A stretch of 32,000 bases of DNA from Pseudodesulfovibrio piezophilus C1TLV30. Lineage in GTDB: Bacteria > Desulfobacterota > Desulfovibrionia > Desulfovibrionales > Desulfovibrionaceae. The stretch is from positions 1,890,001-1,922,000 of the forward strand of contig NC_020409.1 of assembly GCF_000341895.1 (NCBI RefSeq), written 5' to 3'. The notes beneath the pieces were generated by a model. That model searched no databases, was not told the origin of the DNA, and saw only the letters and a list, made by a program, of their open reading frames with translations. The translations under genes were made by a program, and so were the position numbers. Below are positions 26,952 through 32,000 of this stretch, one piece after another; positions within the stretch are counted from its first letter, which is position 1; each line of letters begins with the position of its first letter.

Positions 26952-28148
26952 TCAAACTTCCCTCAGTGCCGTCACTGTGGCCACGGCCTTGATGCCTTTT
27001 TTCTGGCCCGTGAAGCCAAGTTTTTCTTCTGTGGTGGCCTTGAAATTCACTTGATGCCGCTCAAGCCCCAGTACTCTGCACAGATTTTTGGCAATCTGGG
27101 CGGAATGGGGAGCCATGCGCGGCACTTGGGCAATAAGAGTCAGATCTGCATGAACAAGACGCGCACCGGCTTCATCGGCCATGGCGAGAACTTCCTTGAG
27201 CAGGAGAGAACTGTCCGCGCCGGAAAATTTTTCATCGGTATCCGGGAAATGCGTGCCTATATCCCCGCCACCGAATGTGCCGAGTATGGCATCGGCCAAG
27301 GCATGTAAAAGGACATCACCATCAGAATGAGCAAGAATGTGGTACGGTCCCGCGATGGGGACTCCGCCAATCACCAGAGGCCGATCGTGCTCACCACCGA
27401 ATCGATGCACATCATACCCCCAGCCGACACAGGGAACCGTCACACGCGGCTCTTCGAGTTTGGCAAGATCCTGAGGAGTCGTAATCTTGATATTCCCCTG
27501 CTCGCCGGGAATGACGATCACTTCGGCTATCCGTTCCACCATGCTGGCATCGTCGGTAACATCCCACCCCTCTTGGACGGCCTGTTCGTGAGCCTGCATC
27601 AAGAGAGCGGTCTCAAAAATCTGTGGTGTCTGGACGCTGCGAAGCTCTGCTCGAACCAATGTTTCGGTCACGACACCATCCGCCACCCGCTTGATGGTGT
27701 CCGTGATGGACAGGCCGGGAGTGGCAGCCTGTGCGCCCTGATCGAGACAGTCGATCAATTCACGGACGAGTCGTGCGGAAACAAATGGGCGGGCGGAATC
27801 ATGGACCAGAACTCCGTCGCAGTCGCGAGGCAATTCAGCCACCCCATGACGAACCGAATCCTGCCTGCGTTCCCCGCCAGCACAGACCTTCCATCTGAGA
27901 CCAAGCTCTTCGGCCTTGAAAAACTGACGGAGCTGTTTCTCCATGGGAATGACATCTTCCGGCGGGAAAACGAAAACCACACCCTTGACTCCCGCCACGC
28001 GGGAAAATGTTCTGGCCGAATGCCAAAAAAGCGGTGCGCCCTTGAACTCAAGATATTGCTTTCGAACACCACCTGCGGCCTCGCCCAATCGGGAGCCGGA
28101 CCCTGCGGCGAGAATAATGCTCCATGTGTTCTTCAGAGGTCGATTCAT
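26952..28148 (-). CDS. ispDF: Bifunctional 2-C-methyl-D-erythritol 4-phosphate cytidylyltransferase / MEcPP synthase
   Basis: ORF 26952..28154 (GTG) trimmed to ATG 28148. The IspD N-terminus carries ILAAGSGSRLG, and the IspF C-terminal half carries GYDVHRF...AHSDGDVLLHAL...FPDTD. Confidence 0.93.
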   Translation of the reverse strand: MNRPLKNTWSIILAAGSGSRLGEAAGGVRKQYLEFKGAPLFWHSARTFSRVAGVKGVVFVFPPEDVIPMEKQLRQFFKAEELGLRWKVCAGGERRQDSVRHGVAELPRDCDGVLVHDSARPFVSARLVRELIDCLDQGAQAATPGLSITDTIKRVADGVVTETLVRAELRSVQTPQIFETALLMQAHEQAVQEGWDVTDDASMVERIAEVIVIPGEQGNIKITTPQDLAKLEEPRVTVPCVGWGYDVHRFGGEHDRPLVIGGVPIAGPYHILAHSDGDVLLHALADAILGTFGGGDIGTHFPDTDEKFSGADSSLLLKEVLAMADEAGARLVHADLTLIAQVPRMAPHSAQIAKNLCRVLGLERHQVNFKATTEEKLGFTGQKKGIKAVATVTALREV

Positions 28149-28227
28149 GCACACAATCCTGTATTGGCTCCGGCGAAAAAAGTTGCTCCAACCCGGAACA
28201 TCTGTTCATTCGCACGCCATTTGTGGT

Positions 28228-28259
28228 CGCACCGGAGAGGAATCATCCCCTCCGGTGCG
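28228..28259 (-). terminator. Strong hairpin just 3' of rnpB (terminator or processing structure)
   Basis: CGCACCGGAG/CTCCGGTGCG is a perfect 10-bp stem extendable to 13 bp with one mismatch. No U-tract follows it on the minus strand. Confidence 0.45.
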
Positions 28260-28268
28260 CTATTTCAA

Positions 28269-28632
28269 GTCTGGAGTCGGTCGATAAGCCGGGTCTTGTT
28301 CCCCTTTCGGGGCAACTGTCATTCATCTAGGACGGCTGTTACCAGACGCCTCAAGCAACCTACCCGGTAGCTCGATCGGGCCGATCTACTGCGCTACCCT
28401 ATTTGGTCTTGCTCCGAACGGAGTTCACCTGGCCTGCCGTATCACTACGACAGCCGGTGGGCTCTTACCCCACCCTTTCACCCTTACCTCCGGGATATAC
28501 CCGAAGGCGGTCTACTCTCTGTTGCACGTGACGGAGATCGCTCCCCCTGGGAGTTACCCAGCGTTCTGCCCTGTGGAGCCCGGACTTTCCTCCCCGATAC
28601 AAATCGCGGCGACAGTCTGTCCGGCTCCAGAC
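28269..28632 (-). ncRNA. rnpB: RNase P RNA, bacterial type A
   Basis: The reverse strand carries the universal blocks GGAGGAAAGTCCGGGCTCC (28593..28575), GGTAAGGGTGAAAGGGTG (28488..28471), CTAGATGAATGAC (28330..28318) and ACAAGACCCGGCTTATCG (28299..28282). It is collinear with E. coli M1 RNA as I remember it. The ends pair as P1 (GTCTGGAG at the 5' end with CTCCAGAC at the 3' end). Ends are accurate to about 5 nt. Confidence 0.93.
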
Positions 28633-28742
28633 TTTTTTTCAAATATCCATCACTTCGCTCACTTTCGAAACACGGACGTGGACCGCAGGACTCTCCCGCT
28701 GGTCCTCCCTGATATACATGAACTGTGAACGAAGAAGTTTTC

Positions 28743-29468
28743 CTACTCGTCGTCTTCGCCCTGGCGCTGCCAGTGGATAAGACGTTGACAATTGGGGCAA
28801 CTCAAGATCTGCTGTCCCTTTTGCAGATCATTGTAAATCTGCGGCGGAATCATGATGTGACAGCCATAGCAAACACCGCTGCTGACCGGAACGATGACCG
28901 GATTCTGCATACGGGAACGAATGAACTCATACCGCCCGAGGATAGGCGGGGGAACGACCTTGCATGCCTTTTTCCGCTTGCGATTCAGGCTGTCCAATTT
29001 CTTCTGTGCTTCGGCAAGACGCACATCCAGAGTTGTCTTCAGCGCATCATACTGTTCCTGCACGCCGCTCATATCTTCTTTCAGGGCCTTAGTGGCTTCA
29101 TCCTGCCTGTCCAGCTCTTCATTGACGGCGACCTGCTCTTCCTCACGCATCCGGTTAAGCTTCTCCAGAGAATCCATCTCGCGCATCATGGCGTGATATT
29201 CCTTGGTATTGCCGACCAACATGAGCTTGTTTTTACTCTTCTTGATCTTTCCTGCATCCTCTTCAATCTCAACGGCCAGTTTCTTTTTCTGGTCCTTGAG
29301 GAGGGTGATGCGCTCCTGAATCTGCGTCCGACGCTCGTCAAAATCGCTCATCTGGCTTTCCAGGTCAGCCAACTCCAGAGGAGCCTTTTCAATCTCTTCC
29401 TGAAGAATGATGATCTCGTCATCGACCTGTTGCAGAATGATCAATTGCTCGATCTGTTTTTCGTACAT
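28743..29468 (-). CDS. Coiled-coil protein with C-terminal C4 zinc ribbon (COG1579/DUF164-like)
   Basis: ORF 28743..29498 (GTG) trimmed to ATG 29468, with GAGGT 6 nt upstream. A long heptad-rich region precedes CYGCH...(20 aa)...CPNCQRLI. Confidence 0.85.
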   Translation of the reverse strand: MYEKQIEQLIILQQVDDEIIILQEEIEKAPLELADLESQMSDFDERRTQIQERITLLKDQKKKLAVEIEEDAGKIKKSKNKLMLVGNTKEYHAMMREMDSLEKLNRMREEEQVAVNEELDRQDEATKALKEDMSGVQEQYDALKTTLDVRLAEAQKKLDSLNRKRKKACKVVPPPILGRYEFIRSRMQNPVIVPVSSGVCYGCHIMIPPQIYNDLQKGQQILSCPNCQRLIHWQRQGEDDE

Positions 29469-29512
29469 GCTGTTACCTCGCTCATTTATTGAAATCACGC
29501 GTCAGCGCGGTT

Positions 29513-30517
29513 CTATCCATCGTGCCTGATGTGGAACCGAAAAGGGTCTTCACCCTTGAAAAAACGGACTTCCACCGCCCCGAAAACCTGGTCCAACTCC
29601 ATGGCGAACAGACGCATCATTTCCTCTTCCAAAGAAAAATGCCCGACATCCGCCACACAAATATCTGTCTCAACTGCCGGGTGGTACTTCATGTCTCCAG
29701 TGATAAAGACATCCGCCCCTGCCTGTGATGCCTCACCGATAAGAGATGCGCCGGAACCACCGCAATAAGCGACCGTCCTGACAGTCGCAGGTTTGGGCCC
29801 GGAAACGGTATACGCCTCCCGATCGATAAGCCCGCCCAACATTTCCGAGAAGGCATCCCATGGCATGGGCGCAGGCAGCGTCCCGACTTGACCAAAACCC
29901 ATTTCCCGCCGAGGGGCGGTCAGGGAACGAATATAAAAAAGTGGTTTGTGCCCAAGTGAAAATTCAATGCTTCCGGCAACCCCACTCCAGGAATCTTCAT
30001 CGCAAACCACACGAACTTCACCGGTACGATTCTGAGACACGGAATGAACGCCATCGCTGTCCGCCCATATATCTGCGGTCTTCCGATCAATGGATTCTTC
30101 CAGATAGAAAGACACCTCGATGGGGGCCATGCCCCGCTCAACCTCCAGGAACCGTGTGTCCTCAAGTTTCAGAGCCTTGCCCAGCCAAAAGGCGGGACCG
30201 TCGGGTCGGGTATCAAGAGAAGTATGCGCTGCGTAGAGCCATGCTCCATGGTTCACCATCTGGCGGACCACATTCATAAACATGTTGTTGGAATCCAGTG
30301 CCTTGGGCTTCATGTAAAGCGGGTGATGGGTCAGAATCACACCCGCCTCCCAATCCAGGCACTTGGACACCATGGACGGGGTCGGCTCAAGACAGACGGC
30401 CACACGATCAGTTTCCCCCAGCGAACCAGCAATCTGCACGCCACAGTTGTCCCAGGCGCTCTGGTTTTCCTCTGGAGCCAAACGACGGAAAATCGGCAAA
30501 ATATCTTTTATTTTCAT
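29513..30517 (-). CDS. Nif3-family dinuclear-metal-centre protein (GTP cyclohydrolase 1 type 2 homologue)
   Basis: ORF 29513..30589 trimmed to ATG 30517, with GAGGTG 7 nt upstream. MKIKDILPIF..., WDNCGVQIAG, ILTHHPL, YAAHTSLD and the C-terminal GDMKYH...VGHFSLEE match the NIF3 pattern with an inserted middle domain. Confidence 0.85.
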   Translation of the reverse strand: MKIKDILPIFRRLAPEENQSAWDNCGVQIAGSLGETDRVAVCLEPTPSMVSKCLDWEAGVILTHHPLYMKPKALDSNNMFMNVVRQMVNHGAWLYAAHTSLDTRPDGPAFWLGKALKLEDTRFLEVERGMAPIEVSFYLEESIDRKTADIWADSDGVHSVSQNRTGEVRVVCDEDSWSGVAGSIEFSLGHKPLFYIRSLTAPRREMGFGQVGTLPAPMPWDAFSEMLGGLIDREAYTVSGPKPATVRTVAYCGGSGASLIGEASQAGADVFITGDMKYHPAVETDICVADVGHFSLEEEMMRLFAMELDQVFGAVEVRFFKGEDPFRFHIRHDG

Positions 30518-30544
30518 ATATTTACACCTCATTACCAGAAAGAG

Positions 30545-30578
30545 AATGCTCCCGTAGGGATTCCCCCTCGGGAGCATT
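30545..30578 (-). terminator. Hairpin between tRNA(CAT) and nif3
   Basis: AATGCTCCCG...CGGGAGCATT is a 10-bp perfect stem with an internally pairing loop. On the minus strand it is followed by CTCTTTCTGG. Confidence 0.5.
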
Positions 30579-30693
30579 ATTTTCTTCATCTATATCCCAG
30601 CCTGCGGCCTTCACGGGATACTTCAAGACATATGCGTTGAACATCGTTCCTGTATCGTATGGAATCAATCATTCCTCCCGCCTGAGGGGGGAT

Positions 30694-30769
30694 TGGTGGG
30701 CCAGCCAGGATTCGAACCTGGGACCGACCGGTTATGAGCCGGTGGCTCTGCCAACTGAGCTACTGGCCC
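30694..30769 (-). tRNA. tRNA with CAT anticodon (elongator Met, or Ile2 if lysidine-modified)
   Basis: The reverse strand reads GGGCCAGTAGCTCAGTTGGCAGAGCCACCGGCTCATAACCGGTCGGTCCCAGGTTCGAATCCTGGCTGGCCCACCA (76 nt). It forms a full cloverleaf with 7/4/5/5-bp stems, a GTTCGAATC T-loop, an encoded CCA and a G1-C72 pair. Confidence 0.95.
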
Positions 30770-30813
30770 GTAGTCTATGAGCAGGATACCTTATCCAAAG
30801 AATCCGACAAATG

Positions 30814-31134
30814 TCAAGAGATCTTCTCACCAAAGAGAGACGTTTTCTTCTCCAAGCCTGTCGAAACGACCTCGACATCCATTTCAGTCCTCAGTGCTTG
30901 CAGAAACTGCCGGATTTCCTTTTTCTGGTGAGGACTATACCACAGTTGCAAAATCCCCTTGAACTTATTGGTCACGGTAAAGATACCTAGGTTGTCATAC
31001 CCTTCAAGCAAAAATCGAAACAAGCCGATTTTCGCCGGATCAAGGCGGATATACATTCTTTGCGAACGAAGGGGCGGTGGCGGGCATATCCGCTTACGAG
31101 GCCGCCTGCGCGACGATTTTCCGACTTTGCTCAT
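30814..31134 (-). CDS. Small conserved protein, DUF4911-like
   Basis: ORF 30814..31170 (TTG) trimmed to ATG 31134. A basic N-terminus (SRRRPRKRICPPPP) is followed by MYIRLDPAKIGLFRFLLEGYDNLGIFTV, which I recall as the DUF4911 core. The family call is from memory only. Confidence 0.6.
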   Translation of the reverse strand: MSKVGKSSRRRPRKRICPPPPLRSQRMYIRLDPAKIGLFRFLLEGYDNLGIFTVTNKFKGILQLWYSPHQKKEIRQFLQALRTEMDVEVVSTGLEKKTSLFGEKIS

Positions 31135-31158
31135 GGGCGTGGTCCTACATTCAGTCCG

Positions 31159-31196
31159 GGGAAAAGGCAATATCCAAGATACCTTTGCCTTTTCCC
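31159..31196. promoter_or_regulatory. 12-bp perfect inverted repeat GGGAAAAGGCAA-N14-TTGCCTTTTCCC in divergent intergenic region
   Basis: Read directly from the sequence. The 14-nt spacer contains its own TATC-caa-GATA mini-palindrome. It lies 25 nt upstream of the DUF4911-like ATG and about 90 nt upstream of the plus-strand ATG at 31287. Confidence 0.4.
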
Positions 31197-31286
31197 TTGT
31201 TTAAGCTATGATTAGACGTAAACGTCAAAATCCTACTCCCTTTTTTGACACATTTCATCTCATTTTTTGCTTGCAAGGAGGCCACC

Positions 31287-32000
31287 ATGGCTCATATCGC
31301 ACAGGATTCCCTGGCGACAATATATTTCACCTTCACCTGGAAGAGTTCTCATGCATCACATATTGAGAATTATCTGGCCAGGAATGTCAGCTTTACCCGC
31401 GACATTCTGCCTGTCGGCGTCAAAAGCCGCATGCGGGGACTTGGTGAAGGAGATTCCGTCCAGATGACGCTCGATCCATCAGAAGTCCCGGCCTTCAAAC
31501 CAGGCAAGATTCTGGATATGCCCATAGCCCGCTTTCAACCCAATGAGCTTGATATGCGCCCACGCATCGGGCGGTATTATCCTAAATATTTCATTGCTTC
31601 CGTTCCCGGTACTCGTCCGGACTCCACTACACCATTTCGCGTGGTCAACGTGGACCGGGGCGGATTCAAGGCCGACCTGAACCACCCCATGGCAGGTCGT
31701 GAAGTTACGATGAAAGCCAAGGTCATCGAAATAACGGACAAAAGCAGCGCAAAGGGAGTGCTCAATCGCTGGCCGGATATTTTCTTCAGTGGCCCCGGCA
31801 TGCAAGTCCGCCTGCTTGACTCTCCAACAGATTTTCTTGGCAATGAACCTTTTAAGCGGGAAGATGAGGCCGGAGATGCCGACTTTTACGCCAACCCGCA
31901 TCGTATCCATCACCTGGACAACCAAGCCAGACACAATGTGCAAACCGCCTATGGACACCTGCTCACGGACGGCATGGATATTCTCGACCTCATGGCCGGA
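31287..32000 (+). CDS. FKBP/SlyD-like domain fused to class I SAM-dependent methyltransferase, 5' partial (runs off the window)
   Basis: Not in the ORF track because there is no stop. AAGGAGG (31276-31282) lies just upstream of the ATG at 31287. My translation MAHIAQDSLATIYFTF...VVNVDRGGFKADLNHPMAGREVTMKAKVIEI (SlyD-like NHPLAG block) ...DFYANPHRIHHLDNQARHNVQTAYGHLLTDGMDILDLMAG (N-terminal lead-in of a methyltransferase family) is stop-free for 238 codons to position 32000. Confidence 0.75.
   Translation, partial: MAHIAQDSLATIYFTFTWKSSHASHIENYLARNVSFTRDILPVGVKSRMRGLGEGDSVQMTLDPSEVPAFKPGKILDMPIARFQPNELDMRPRIGRYYPKYFIASVPGTRPDSTTPFRVVNVDRGGFKADLNHPMAGREVTMKAKVIEITDKSSAKGVLNRWPDIFFSGPGMQVRLLDSPTDFLGNEPFKREDEAGDADFYANPHRIHHLDNQARHNVQTAYGHLLTDGMDILDLMAG

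Noticed and set aside
28124-28728. ORFs 28124..28330 and 28522..28728
   Set aside because: They overlap the RNase P RNA gene and its flanks. The region is explained by rnpB.
25260-29492. Plus-strand ORFs 25260..26282 (340 aa), 27327..28370 (347 aa) and 28725..29492 (255 aa)
   Set aside because: They are antisense to cysS, ispDF (running into rnpB) and the zinc-ribbon gene respectively. In each case the minus-strand protein has diagnostic motifs (HIGH/KMSKS, IspD/IspF blocks, CxxC...CxxC).
30694-30769. Initiator tRNA-fMet assignment for the CAT tRNA
   Set aside because: It has a Watson-Crick G1-C72 pair and lacks the three consecutive G-C pairs at the bottom of the anticodon stem, both of which argue against an initiator.

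Overview
This 32-kb chromosomal window reads like a Desulfovibrio-type sulfate reducer, an inference from gene content and protein flavour only. From left to right it contains the features below.

- **Sulfate activation genes.** aprBA lies on the minus strand. aprA runs off the left edge and is absent from the ORF track. It is divergent from sat (plus strand) across a 614-bp AT-rich control region.
- **Aminosugar/glycan-modification cluster of unknown product.** It has five genes: a GNAT and a NodB-like deacetylase on the minus strand, and a radical SAM enzyme plus two glycosyltransferases on the plus strand.
- **Housekeeping genes.** folD and eno are on the minus strand.
- **Chemoreceptors.** There are three methyl-accepting chemotaxis proteins: two tandem paralogues on the plus strand and one Cache-like receptor on the minus strand, with coaX between them.
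- **Membrane/multihaem operon (20576-24139).** A degenerate CydA-like membrane protein is followed by a cytochrome-bd-subunit-I-like 8-helix core fused to a periplasmic tail with 8 CxxCH motifs.
- **Minus-strand housekeeping string.** The order is cysS, a hypothetical anchored protein, ispDF, rnpB (RNase P RNA, masked by spurious ORFs in the track), a COG1579-type zinc-ribbon protein, nif3, tRNA(CAT) and a DUF4911-like gene.
- **Right edge.** A 5' partial FKBP-like/methyltransferase gene is also absent from the ORF track.

I saw no CRISPR array, IS element, integrase or phage gene.

The most interesting items are:

- the bd-like/multihaem-c fusion operon;
- a shared leader module in front of sat and aprB;
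- the orphan radical-SAM/GT/deacetylase/GNAT cluster.

All homology statements come from reading motifs by eye, and no searches were run.
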